DNA of 64,000 nt from Squalus acanthias (lineage: Eukaryota): positions 310,001-374,000 of the forward strand of contig JASTWF010000364.1 of NCBI GenBank assembly GCA_030390025.1, in the 5' to 3' direction. The position numbers and the translations under genes were made by a program. Shown one piece after another: positions 53,408 through 64,000 of this stretch (positions are counted from its first letter, which is position 1; the number at the start of each line of letters is the position of its first letter). Below the pieces are notes generated by a model. It worked only from the letters and a program-made list of their open reading frames with translations, was not told the DNA's origin and did not search any database.

Positions 53408-55198
53408 CTACTTTTTGCCCTTCGAGGGTGATCTCCTTCCCTTGCGCACTTCCCCCCTTCCCACCCTACTGCTCCTCCGTAATGGGACCTCAGTGGCTGC
53501 AGCAAGGCTGGTGGAAGGCTGCTGATTGTCAGAACCTGAGACTGCAGATGCCCTTGAAGGACGGCCTCGACCAGCTCTGGGCCTGGAGGGCCCGGCTGCA
53601 GACTGCACCAACTCTGCATGGGCGGCAGCAGTCTGTCCTACAGGCAGTGGCAAGTGCAGTGGAGAAGTGACAGTGGTGGCAGCAGGAATGCGGTCATCTT
53701 GAGAGAGGACAGCAACTCCCTGCTCGACCGACACACTGGCACTCCCACGGGGCAGCACTTCAGCATCCGGAGCAATCTGCTGGAGCACAGATTGCTGGCC
53801 TGCTGCGGCGCGGTGACAGCCCTGGGGAAATGTGTACGAACCATCGAGGATGGCAGCAGTCAGTGCTCGCGTGGCCTCAATCTGAGTCTGCATGAGAGCA
53901 GTCTGAGACTGAATTGCAGCACTAAGCTTTAGTGTGGCATTCGCCTGTGCTACAGCGAAGTGCTCCACACTCCTTGCCAGTGATTCAATGCATTCGGGCA
54001 CCCTTCCCACTGCACCCATGAGCTCAGTGTTCATGTCCACCGCCTGGGTGTTCATTTCAGCGATGAGCCGCTCCTCCTCTGCGTCCAGTGCAGTAGGGGT
54101 CGCTGGCATACTCTCCCTCCGGGGAGAAGGCCCCCGTTCTTCCCTACCCCCATGGCGTTGCTGCAGCCCGCTGGGTCCTGGAGCTTCACCCTCATCAGAC
54201 GCTTCCCCCCTGCTCCCCTCCAGGGAAGGCGTGTTCCCAGTGTGGGCTTCCTCGGGAGAGGGTGGCACTGATGCTCCGCCTTCATCTTCCTCCTCGCCTG
54301 CAGCTTCACTCCCACTGGCAGCTTGAGGGCCCGTCTCCTCAGCTGGTGAATCACCATCTGAAAGCAGGGAGGTACAAGAGTGGCTTTAGCGTGAGGACAG
54401 GGTGGCAGTAAGGGAGGAATAAGTGCAGCAATTTAGTAAGTTGGATTGAAAGTGTCAAAGGCTGGTGTTGTGAGGGACAAGTGGAAGGACAGAGGACAAA
54501 AAGGTGATGACCTTACCATTGCTGTCCAGAACGGGGTCGGCGTCTCCAGTGGCGACGGGACCGATCACCCGGCTTGCCACAATCCTCTGGACGCGCGCCT
54601 CAAGATCGCTGAGGGGTTGCAGCTGAGGCCGCCCTCCACCCGTCCGTTGCTGCTGTCTCCTATTATGAGATAGCTTGGCCTGCAAGAAAAAGGACGGCGT
54701 CTGAGTAAATATACAGCCATGGTCTTGCCTGATGTGCCTCCCATAGGTGAATAGCCCTTACTGTATGCAGCCATGGTCTTGCCTGATGTGCCTCCCATAG
54801 GTGAATAGCCCTTACTGTATGCAAAGTGTGGAATGTGCGTGTGTGTTTCATGAGAGGGCCATAGGTGTTGGATGAGTTGTGCATTGGGGTTTTAAGACCC
54901 TTTGGCCATAGAGTGAGGTTGAGATGGAGGGATGGAGAGGTATTGAAAAAAAGCCACTCACCCTGACGATCCGAGTGAGGTCGTTGAACTTTTTTCAACA
55001 TTGTACATGGGCCCTGGGCACCATGCTCCTGCAGGAGACGCTCTGAGCCACCTCCCTCCACACTCTTCTGTACTCGCGCGGCAAAGGCCTCCTGCCACTC
55101 TCAGGGAAGAGTATAGATCTTCTGCGCTCCACCGCGCCAACCAGAGCATCCAAGGCCCGCTCGCTGAAGCGCTGAGCTCGTTCTCTCACCCTCTCCAT
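53408..55198 (-). pseudogene. Harbinger Myb/SANT-like gene, 3 exons (55198-54962, 54679-54517, 54357-53408), one in-frame TGA
   Basis: RAQRFSE.AL..LV..V..RR.ILFP...W..VA..V...QC*KKFNDL; GT-AG introns keep frame (1350 nt spliced). Confidence 0.85.
54714..54821. repeat. Perfect 2 x 54 bp tandem duplication in Myb intron 1
   Basis: cagccatggtcttgcctgatgtgcc...cttactgtatg occurs twice. Confidence 0.92.
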
Positions 55199-57699
55199 AG
55201 TCCTTGGCTGGAAGATTTAGGCACTGGTCTCTCCAGGCCGAGATTCAAGGCTCCAATGAGCAGGGTGTGGCTGGAGTGCAAGATCGACCCTTCCCTTTAA
55301 GAACTGTCTGGCGCCAGTGTGTCTGTGTTCCATCGCTAACTGACAGCACCTGCGCTGCGCCCGCGCTCTGAGTTAGCGCCTCACTCCTTGGCCTTTGCGC
55401 CTTAAGACAGGTGTGCAGCGCCTGCTTTAGCGCTCCACTCACCTCCCGGGGCGGTAAAAGTGAAGTTTCAGTCAGTGCGATAATTAGCGCCAGGCGCTAA
55501 TATTTGCGTTCAGGACGATATTTGCGCCCCAAATGGGGCGCGACCTAATTTCTACCCCTATTTGACTAAAAACAAGGGTTATAAAGGTAGCCAAATCTAG
55601 TGGGACGATAGAGGATTGGGAAAACTTTAACAGACAGCAAAAAATATCAAAAAGATTGATTAAGAAAGGGAAGATAGATTATGAAAGTAAATTAGCAAAA
55701 AATATAAAAACAGATAGTAAGAGTTTTTATAGTTATATAAAAAGAAAAAGGGTGGCTAAAGTAAATGTTGGTCCCTTAGAGGATGAGACCGGGAAATATG
55801 GAGATGGCAAAAACACTGAATGAATATTTTGTATCAGTCTTTACAGTAGAGGACACTAAGAATATCCCAACACTGGACAAACAGGGGGCTATAGAAGGGG
55901 AGGCGCTAAACACGATCAAAATCACTAAGGAAGTGGTCCTCGGTAAAATAATGGGACTCAAGGCGGATAAATCACCTGGACCTGATGGCTTACATCCTAG
56001 GGTCTTGAGGGAAGTGGCGGTAGGGATTGTGGATGCATTGGTAATCATGTGCCAAAACTCCCTGGACTCAGCAAAGATCCCGGCAGACTGGAAAACTGCT
56101 AATGTAACACCCTTATTTAAAAAGGGCAGTAGACAGAAGGCTGGAAACTATAGACCGGTTAGCCTAACATCTGTGGTAGGTAAAATTTTGGAGTCCATTA
56201 TTAAGGAGACAGTAACGGGACATTTGGATAATCATAATTTAATAGGACAAAGTCAGCATGGTTTTATGAAGGGGAAGTCATGTTTGACAAATTTGCTGGA
56301 GTTCTTTGAGGAAGTAACGTACAGGGTGGATAAAGGGGAACCAGTGGATGTGGTGTATTTAGACTTCCAAAAGGCATTTGACAAGGTGCCACACAAAAGA
56401 TTATTGCTTAAGATAAAAAAATCACGGGATTGGGGTAATATTCTGGCATGGATAGAGGATTGGCTATCTAACAGAAGGCAGAGAGTTGGGATAAATGGTT
56501 CATTCTCAGACTGGCAATCAGTAACTAGTGGTGTTCCGCAGGGGTCAGTGCTGGGTCCCCAACTCTTTACAATCTATATTAACGATTTGGAGGAGGGGAC
56601 CGAGTGTAACATATCAAAGTTTGCAGATGATACTAAGATGGGAGGGAAAGTAGTGAGTGAGGAGGACATAAAAAATCTGCAAGGGGACATAGACAGGCTA
56701 AGTAAGTGGGCAGAGATTTGGCAGATGGAATACAACACTGGAAAGTGTGAGGTGATGCACTTTGGCAGGAAAAATAGTAGAGCAAGTTATTATCTAAATG
56801 GCAAGAAACTGGAAAGTACTGAAGTACAAAGGGATCTGGGGGTCCTGGTGCACGAAACTCAAAAGGTTAGTATGCAGGTGCAGCAAGTGATTAAGAAGGC
56901 CAATGGAATGTTGGCTTTCATTGCTAGGGGGATAGAATATAAAAATAGGGAGGTATTGCTTCAGTTGTACAAGGTATTGGCGAGACCGCACCTGGAATAC
57001 TGCATACAGTTTTGGTGTCCATACTTAAGAAGACATACTTGCTCTCGAGTCAGTACAAAGAAGGTTCACTCGGTTAATCCCGGGGATGAGGGGATGGACA
57101 TATGAGGAGAGGTTGGGTAGATTGGGACTCTACTCATTGGCGTTCAGAAGAACGAGAGGCGATCTTATTGAAACATATAAGATTGTGAAGGGGTTGGATC
57201 GGGTGGATGCGGGAAGGATGTTCCCGATGATGGGTGAAACTAGAACTAGGGGGCATAGTCTTAGAATAAGGGGCTGCTCTTTCAAAACTGAGATGAGAAG
57301 GAACTACTTCACTCAGAGGGTGGTAGGTCCATGGAATATGCTGCCTCAAAAAGCTGTAGAAGCTACATCAGTACATAAATTTAGAACAGAAATAGACAGT
57401 TTCCTAGAAGTAAAGGGAATTAAGGGTTACGGGGAGCGGGCAGGAATTTGGACATGAGTCTAGGTTCGGATCGGTCATGGCCCTGTGGGTAGCGGAGCGG
57501 GCCCGGGGCCGTGTAGCCTGATCCTGCTCCTATTTCGTGTGTCCAATTCTGTTAGGTTCAGGAGATGGTTCCGTGATAGTAGATTGGCGGTTAGGATCAG
57601 ATCAGCCATGATCTTATTGAATGGCGGAGCAGGCTCGAGGGGCCAATTGGCCTACTCCTGTTCCTATTTCTTATGTTCTTAAGTGACTGAAGACAAGGC

Positions 57700-58620
57700 T
57701 TTAGAATTCAATCCTTCACGACCTGGTTATCCGACCTTTACATGAGGTGCATTCACTTCACCAAGGGGGTTGTCATGGAGATGCGTCCGCTGCTACAGCC
57801 TCAAAGCAGGACAAGGACAGGAGTGCCTATGGTTGTCAAGGTCACTGTTGCTCCTAACTTTTATGCCATGGGCTCATTTCAGGCTGAAACAGGATACACA
57901 AGCAACATCTCGCAGTTTGTAGTGCGCTGCTGGGTAAGGGAGGTCACTGAGGCTCTCCATACAATGAGAAATACATTCTGGCGAGTGGGAATGAGACCAG
58001 ACAAGCAGGAGCAGCGAGCACGAGGTTCTGCACTGATTGCAGGTTTCCCCGTGGTGCAGGGTGCCATTGGCCGCATGCACATTGCCTTGTGTGCTCTTCA
58101 TCGCAACTCTGCCGTATTCATTCATCAACAGAAAGGGATTCAACTCCCCAATGTGCAGGTGAGCTGCAACCACAGGCAGCTTATCCTGCAGGTGAATGCC
58201 CGCTATCCTGGCAGTCACAATTCCTTCGTTTTGCGCCAGTTGTCTACCAGCTGTATTTGAATCACCACGGCAAGCCAAAGGCTGGCTACGGGGCAACAAG
58301 GGTTGGCCACTCAGGACTCCGGTCTGGAGCCCACGCACACAGCAGGCCTACAATGAGAGCTATGCTGCTACAAGGAACAATAGAGAGCACACCATCGGCA
58401 TCCTCAAGCAACACTGCCGCTGCCTGGACCGCTCTCTGGAGGAGCCCTGCAGTGCTCCGCTGAGCGGGTATCAAGTTGTGGGGGAATATGCTACACAACC
58501 TCACCATGATCAGGGCACAGCCCTTGCCATACCAGTCAGGTGGCAATCTGAGGAGCAGGAGCACAAAGAGGAGGAAGGGCGGTTACAACATACAGCCCCT
58601 TTCTGCCAAGGGTCTACAGG
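57700..58620 (+). mobile_element. Old Harbinger nuclease fragment
   Basis: KVTVA.NFYAMGSFQ, GFPVVQGAI..HIAL, VNARYPGS, EHTIGILK...RCLD. Confidence 0.8.
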
Positions 58621-58624
58621 AGCA

Positions 58625-59661
58625 GGTAATTCAAGAGTGATTTGGAGAAATACCTGCAATGTGCTGGGCTATGGGGAAGAGCAGGAACTGGGACTAATTG
58701 GATAGCTCTTGCAAAGAGTTGGCACAGACAGGATGGGCCGAATGACGACCTGTGCTGTGTGATTCAATAGTCATTACTCTCAAACTACACGCAACTGGGC
58801 ATAAAGTGGTGCTGTTAACAGTAACATTATTAAAATAGATGAGTATATAGTTTTAGATAGAATAAGGAACCTTAATCGACCGGGCTGCCGGCTCAGGTGA
58901 TGTCCACCCACTGGTCTCTAAAGTGATGGACAGGTGCTGTGTTTGCTCCTTGCCCATACCTTTCAATAGTTCGCTGGAGTTGGGGACTGTTCCCTTCGAC
59001 AGGAAGGAAGCCAATGCAGTTCCAATCCTTAAAAGGGTGATAAGGAAAAGCGAGTAATTATAGGCCCATTAGCTTGACATCAGTAATCAGGAAGATGTTC
59101 TCCTTGGAGCAGAGAAGGTTGAGCAGAGATTTGATGGAGGTGTTCAAGATCATGAGGGGTCTGGACAGGAGTAGATAGAGAGAAACTGTTCCCCCATTGG
59201 AGGAAGGGTGGAGAACCAGAGGACACAGATTTAAGGTGATTGGCAGAAGAACCAAAGGCGACGTGAGGAAAAACTTATTTACGCAGCGAGTGGTTAGGAT
59301 CTGGAATTCACTGCCTGAAAGGGTGGTGGAGGCAGACTCGACCACGGCTTTCAAAAGGGAATTGGATAAGTACCTGAAGGGGAAAAAAATTGCAGGGCTA
59401 TGGGGAAAGGGCAGGGGAGTGGAACTAGCTGAAGTGCTCTTGCAGAGAGCCGGCACGGGCTCGACGGGCTGAATGGCGGCCTTCTGTGCTGTAACCATTC
59501 TATGCTCGAAGCTATCATTAGGGATGCCCTATAATGACCACGTAGGTAGAGAGATCCATATCAGGGGCACCCAACACGGCTTCTGAAAACGAATGTCGTG
59601 TCTTACCAATTTAACTTTTTGAAGAAGTCACCTGGTTAGTGGATGAGGGTAGCCTAGTAAG
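58625..59661 (+). mobile_element. Nested CR1 fragments
   Basis: NYRPISLTS, RTRGHRFKV, WNSLPERVVEA, SCLTNL. Confidence 0.75.
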
Positions 59662-61318
59662 TGTAGAATTCGCAATTATCACGATTTGATTAATAAGGAG
59701 AAAACACAAAGTTTCGTTCAAACAGCTTTTATTTCAGCAGAATGCTGTCAGGTTTAAATTGGACACAAGCAGCCTGTAAAATGGCCGCCGCACCTCGTGA
59801 CAGAACATTCTAGACTTTTCAACAGGCAGACAAGATGGCGTTCCATTAAACATTCTTGCAAGATCGATAACGATTCAGCACAGTGAAGATAATACACGAG
59901 ACATTATGGGTTCACAGTATAAACATCGATACTGGAATCGGTCTCCCAGGTACAAAGGAAAGCCATTGTACCGAGTACTTAAGGGCCCATCCAAAGGACA
60001 TTAATATGTAAACTCCCAACGGCTCTACGATGAGAGAGCCGTTAGCAGGTAGTTATACAGGACACTTGGAAGCCCCAAACCCCTCCAGGGAGAACACCGA
60101 CCGATTTAACAATGGGAGAAGTATTAACAGGTACTCAAACATTCATGAGTAGCCCCGAAACCCATTAAGAACGGAGATCACCCATACAGGACATTTGGGC
60201 GCCAAACCTTAAACAAAAGAATGGACATTATAGTTGGGCGGGAAACGGAAGAATTGTGCACTATAATTGCAGGCCCAAAACCGTCCATTCGCTCTCTTGC
60301 TCTTGACTCTTGCCTCTTGTTCGTGCTCCTGCATTCGTGGTTGCTCCTGTGTTTTATCCGGTCGATTCGTAACCTCGTGGCTGCTCCTGTGTAAAAGACT
60401 GTTGAACTTTCTGATCCGTTCGGATCTACCTCGTGTCGCGTAAAGAAGACCTATGTTGGTAGCTGGCAGCGGAACCAAAGGCCCGAGATGAGATGAGATG
60501 AGATGAGAGGAGAAGAGAAGAAGACCTTATCCATCGCCACGGTCAGTAAATCCCGACCGTGCCTGTAGGTCGATCAGCCAAGTCTTCTCGACAGGAAGTT
60601 TTCTTCTTTAACAAGACATATTGCATCGATGATAACTGGACTGTGCAAACACATCGTATCAGTGATATTGACAACGGTGCTCCACCATACTTTGAAGCCA
60701 ACCAACAGAGGTCTTCACTACAGCGGACGGTCCAGCCGACTGACCGAGCAGCAGAAGCAGTAAACAAGTGGGACCAGGAGATCTCCTGACCAACACGTGG
60801 GTGCTGCGGTGAAAAACATCCGATCAGCTATTCGGGATTTCTCCGAGTTATTACGAGTGGTGAGCATGAGTCTCGAGGTCCTACGAAGCTAGTTTTAGGA
60901 TAGATGTTGATAGGGGAGGGTTTAAAGATTAAGGATATTTGTAATGTGTGCCCTATTTACGTTGTGCTGGTCGTTCCTCGTTTCCCTAAGAGTGATTATA
61001 ACCGTTTGTAAGATTGTACTGTCATTAATCTGTGCGTATGACATGTATTTCATAATTTTAAGTATCATGCAATAAAGATTTTCCATTTCGTACCATTCAA
61101 ACCAAGTCTACATGAGTTTTATCTCCATTACTGCTCTCGCATCTAAGTCCAGTGTCTAGAACCGTAAGGGAGAGTGATTCGAACCACTCACAGGGGTGTC
61201 TAGTGTTCCCAGACTGGCTGGAGACCAGGCCTAGACCCGCACTGACATACAGGCTGCACAGAGCCGCGTGAATCTCACAGGCTACGAGACACGCAGGGTC
61301 AGGAGAGAATCCCTTACA
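59662..61318 (+). mobile_element. 5' LTR (1657 bp) of a young LTR retroelement extending past the window
   Basis: TGTAG...TTACA ends; TATAA ~60263; AATAAA 61071; colinear with LTRs at 26897/28362. Confidence 0.93.
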
Positions 61319-61322
61319 GAAA

Positions 61323-63134
61323 ATGGCGACCGCGGCAGGACACTGGCAGCGAGAGGGTAGTGTGTTAGATTTTGGAATGACTGTACGAAATGTGATGCAG
61401 GAAAAGATAGCGGATTACGTATTTGGAAAGGTTAATCTAACTAAAAAGTGGATAAGCGAATTGTTAGCGGATAAGAGCCCACTAGAGGCAGCTGAAAGGT
61501 GGACTGATAGTAAGGAGCATAAAAAGGCAGTTGAGAAAGCAGTCTGGCTTATGTGCTACAAAAGGCAGGTTCAGATTTCAAACCAGACCAATACAGCGCT
61601 AACCGCTCGAATCAAGCAGTTAGAGGAGGAAATGGAGGAGAAGGTTTCTGGAGGGGAGGCGCTCATTAAGAGTTTAAATGAGTTACGCCAGGAAAGCCAG
61701 GAAGTCTCCAGTTACCTTAAAACAAGGGTAGAGTATCTCGAGTGCCAGATCACTGAAGCAAAATTGAACGAGAGTAGGATGAAGGAAAGATGTAACCGCC
61801 AAGCTGCCCAGATAAGAACTCAAGAAGAGAGCTTAATGGGGGTTAGGTCGGCGTATAAGTTGGCCCTTGAGGATAAGTTTCAGGGAGCCGACCATAGCGC
61901 CTGCCAAAAAGAGATAGAGAGCCTCAAAAAGGCCGTGAATAATGCGAACGGCATGGTGTGCCTTATTAATCCGTCGGCACGCCAGCCGCTAGTAAATGAG
62001 AGATTTAGAAATTCCCCACCATGTAAAGCGGAAGAAGTAATAGCCACTGCGCCCTCCGCGCCACCCAGCTATTCAGAAACCTGGGTTAGGGAGGAAGCAA
62101 CGGAAGAAACAAAAGAGCCCGTTGAAAAGGAAGTAGAAAAGGGATCGTTGTATCCAGTAACGGGGATTAAAAGGGGCCCAAGCAGAAACGGTGGGGAAGA
62201 ACCGGGGGATCTCCTCGGACAGCTGGTGTTGCCTCACAGTTCACATCAGCTGAGGGCCATGATAAACCACGTAAGGAAGCTGACCGAGATAGACGACCCT
62301 TCCGTACATTTCAGGGAAGTTGAGCAAGCCGCAGCCATTAACGGCTGCGATGATGGGGAGACAGCAAAAATGCTGCTGTTCTCGTTAGATAGCTCGGTCC
62401 TTCAGTGTCTCTCAGGCGATAGCAAGAGGGGAAACAAAAGTTATGAGGAATTGAAAAATGAGGTCCTAGAAGTAGTGGGGGCGAACGACGGAGGTCCGTT
62501 TGCTAGAGTGGGACAGACAGTGCAGATGGAGGGAGAACCCCCGAAGGTTTTTGCCGACAGGCTGTGGCCAGTATATGAGCGCAGCTGTCTAGGTGCGCCC
62601 GAGCGCGAAGATGTGGAAGGCGCCGCTTTAATTCATTGGCTTAGGTGCATAATAGCCAACAGTTTACCAGCCGTTAGAGAGCAGGCAAAAGCCTGGTTCG
62701 ATCCCAATGACCTCAACCTTACGGAAGAGTCGGTCTTGAATCGACTCACGTTAGGTTACCGTAACATAAGGGGTATGACGACACGTCCCTTTAAGGGAAG
62801 AGTACATGAGGTACGACCCGCAGCCCCGGCTCAGAGAGAGTGGCATCAGGAGGGTAATCGCGCCCCACAGGCGAGTAATGCCTGTTACGGGTGTGGGAAA
62901 ACAGGGCACTGGCGCAAGCACTGCAGGAACCCTTGGAAGGATTCCAAGGATAAAAATCCCGCGGTCCGAGCCCAGGCGCCTGTCCCGCCTAAGGAAGCAA
63001 AGGCACCCACCTCTCCCGAAGACCTCGAAGCAGTGTTAGGAGTCATGCGCAAGATGGTTTTGAATGCGCGTGGACAGGTGGCGGTCGCAACCGGCCCCGT
63101 AGGTGCCGCAGGACCGTCTAATAGTGCCCCATGA
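61323..63134 (+). CDS. gag: Intact Gag-like polyprotein (603 aa): coiled coil, PSAPPSY motif, capsid-like region, CCHC knuckle
   Basis: Uninterrupted ORF directly after the LTR/PBS; CYGCGKTGHWRKHC; PSAP and PPSY late-domain-like motifs. Confidence 0.88.
   Translation: MATAAGHWQREGSVLDFGMTVRNVMQEKIADYVFGKVNLTKKWISELLADKSPLEAAERWTDSKEHKKAVEKAVWLMCYKRQVQISNQTNTALTARIKQLEEEMEEKVSGGEALIKSLNELRQESQEVSSYLKTRVEYLECQITEAKLNESRMKERCNRQAAQIRTQEESLMGVRSAYKLALEDKFQGADHSACQKEIESLKKAVNNANGMVCLINPSARQPLVNERFRNSPPCKAEEVIATAPSAPPSYSETWVREEATEETKEPVEKEVEKGSLYPVTGIKRGPSRNGGEEPGDLLGQLVLPHSSHQLRAMINHVRKLTEIDDPSVHFREVEQAAAINGCDDGETAKMLLFSLDSSVLQCLSGDSKRGNKSYEELKNEVLEVVGANDGGPFARVGQTVQMEGEPPKVFADRLWPVYERSCLGAPEREDVEGAALIHWLRCIIANSLPAVREQAKAWFDPNDLNLTEESVLNRLTLGYRNIRGMTTRPFKGRVHEVRPAAPAQREWHQEGNRAPQASNACYGCGKTGHWRKHCRNPWKDSKDKNPAVRAQAPVPPKEAKAPTSPEDLEAVLGVMRKMVLNARGQVAVATGPVGAAGPSNSAP
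61324..61341 (+). promoter_or_regulatory. Primer binding site, tRNA-Arg(UCG)
   Basis: TGGCGACCGCGGCAGGAC, complement of the vertebrate tRNA-Arg(UCG) 3' end GTCCTGCCGCGGTCGCCA (sequence recalled, not searched); 5 nt after the LTR. Confidence 0.87.
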
Positions 63135-64000
63135 CTAGAGCCCACGCAGCCTGCCTACCTGTGTCCTTTTAAAAGACACGCACAGGAGGGGGTCTGCGGT
63201 GAGGAGGCCAGGTTAAAAGAGCAGGCCTTGCGGGAGGAGAACGCCCGCTTAATAGGAAAAATAGATGGGCTGGAAGGGCAGCTTAGAGAGCAGGCCCTGC
63301 GGGAGGAGAACGCCCGATCAATGGGAAAGTTAGACGTGCTCAGGCTAGAAGGGCAGCTTAGAGAGATAAAAGCAGCCTACAGGGTAGCCAGGAGCAGGGA
63401 GTATGAGAATTTAAAACAGGATAGAAATCTGCAGCCTCCAGCAGGTGAGATTTCACAGAAACAAGCAGAGGCGGTGGCCTGTCTTAAGGGAGGGGCCAGA
63501 CCTGCGAGTGGGGAAGCACAGCCCCAGGTAGGACCACAAGGCACACAGGCAGGCGTAGCAGCTTGCATCAGGGGAAGGGACATCCCGGACGATCATGCAG
63601 CGTTTTTCTGGAGTTGGGGGTTAGATGACGAAGAACCCAGGGTACCCTGGTCAGATGAGGATAGTGCAGATGAGCATAGTGATGATGACGGGTGGTTCCG
63701 GAGGAACGGTCTGGGAGGATTGGGGCCGATAGGTAGAGATCCACATGGGGTGGACACACAAGCTGCAGGTCCCGACAACAGGAGGGAGGAGCTAGAGGAG
63801 GCAGGGCCAGCCGCCATAGGAGCACAGGGAGTACCAATGTGGTTCCCAGAGGGGTGGCCGCCCGCTTTGAACGTCCAGTCCTCAGGGGAGGCAGAGATCA
63901 CGAGTGAAGGGCCGCCTGCTGGGCCGAGCAGGGCGGAGCCACGAAATGCCAGCCCCGAGGTTAGGGAGGCGGAGTCAGCGGAGGCGGAGCCAGCGACTGT
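63135..64000 (+). CDS. In-frame open extension after the gag stop (>=288 codons, runs off window), function unknown
   Basis: Hand translation shows no stop from 63135 to 64000: LEPTQPAYLCPFKRHAQEG...EQALREENAR (x2)... Confidence 0.65.

Larger units (their letters stand above)
51457..55558. mobile_element. Full-length PIF/Harbinger transposon, near-intact
   Basis: Ends ggggggaaaattcag / ctaatttctacccc; ttagcgcc-rich subterminal regions; convergent nuclease and Myb-like genes. Confidence 0.9.
49880..57681 (+). mobile_element. CR1 LINE (5' UTR, ORF1, EN-deleted ORF2, 3' tail), split by Harbinger
   Basis: ORF1 50387-51335: Cys-rich N-terminus, zipper, VVGDSI, CLPGARVKD, DGLHL esterase; RT ORF 55783-57105; ttcttatgttctta tail. 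Confidence 0.88.

Noticed and set aside
60195..60207. tttgggcgccaaa (also ~27440) as a minus-strand Lys PBS
   Set aside because: Lies inside U3, is near-palindromic, and the match is short; more likely a transcription-factor site.
1..64000. CRISPR array, rRNA or prokaryotic system
   Set aside because: No repeat-spacer array or rRNA-like sequence; content is vertebrate-type TE with spliceosomal introns.

Overview
Eukaryotic, essentially gene-free 64 kb made almost entirely of nested and decayed transposable elements. The mix (abundant CR1 and L2 LINEs, Deu-domain SINE, two-gene PIF/Harbingers, RTE, Tx1, pogo/Tigger) suggests a cartilaginous fish (inference). 1-11.3 kb: end of a ~4.27 kb composite tandem array (L2 + Tigger + CR1 pieces). 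11.3-31 kb: CR1 copies interrupted by RTE, Harbinger and LTR elements. 31-45 kb: locally duplicated LINE blocks containing a two-LTR Mag-like Ty3/gypsy element. 45-59.6 kb: Tx1, copia, CR1 and Harbinger remnants. 59.7-64 kb: a young LTR element with a 1.66 kb LTR, an 18/18 tRNA-Arg(UCG)-type PBS and an intact 603 aa gag. Main points of interest: (1) the gag ends in UGA-CUAG, a known read-through motif, and stays open in frame to the window end, but with non-protease coiled-coil/acidic sequence; (2) a related-LTR element at 26.9-29.5 kb keeps an Env-like transmembrane C-terminus, suggesting an env-bearing, retrovirus-like family; (3) the Mag-like gypsy element has no tRNA PBS but a 13-nt complement of its own LTR (candidate self-priming). 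No host protein gene, rRNA, functional tRNA or CRISPR was seen. All alignments were done by eye; boundaries of decayed elements are approximate.
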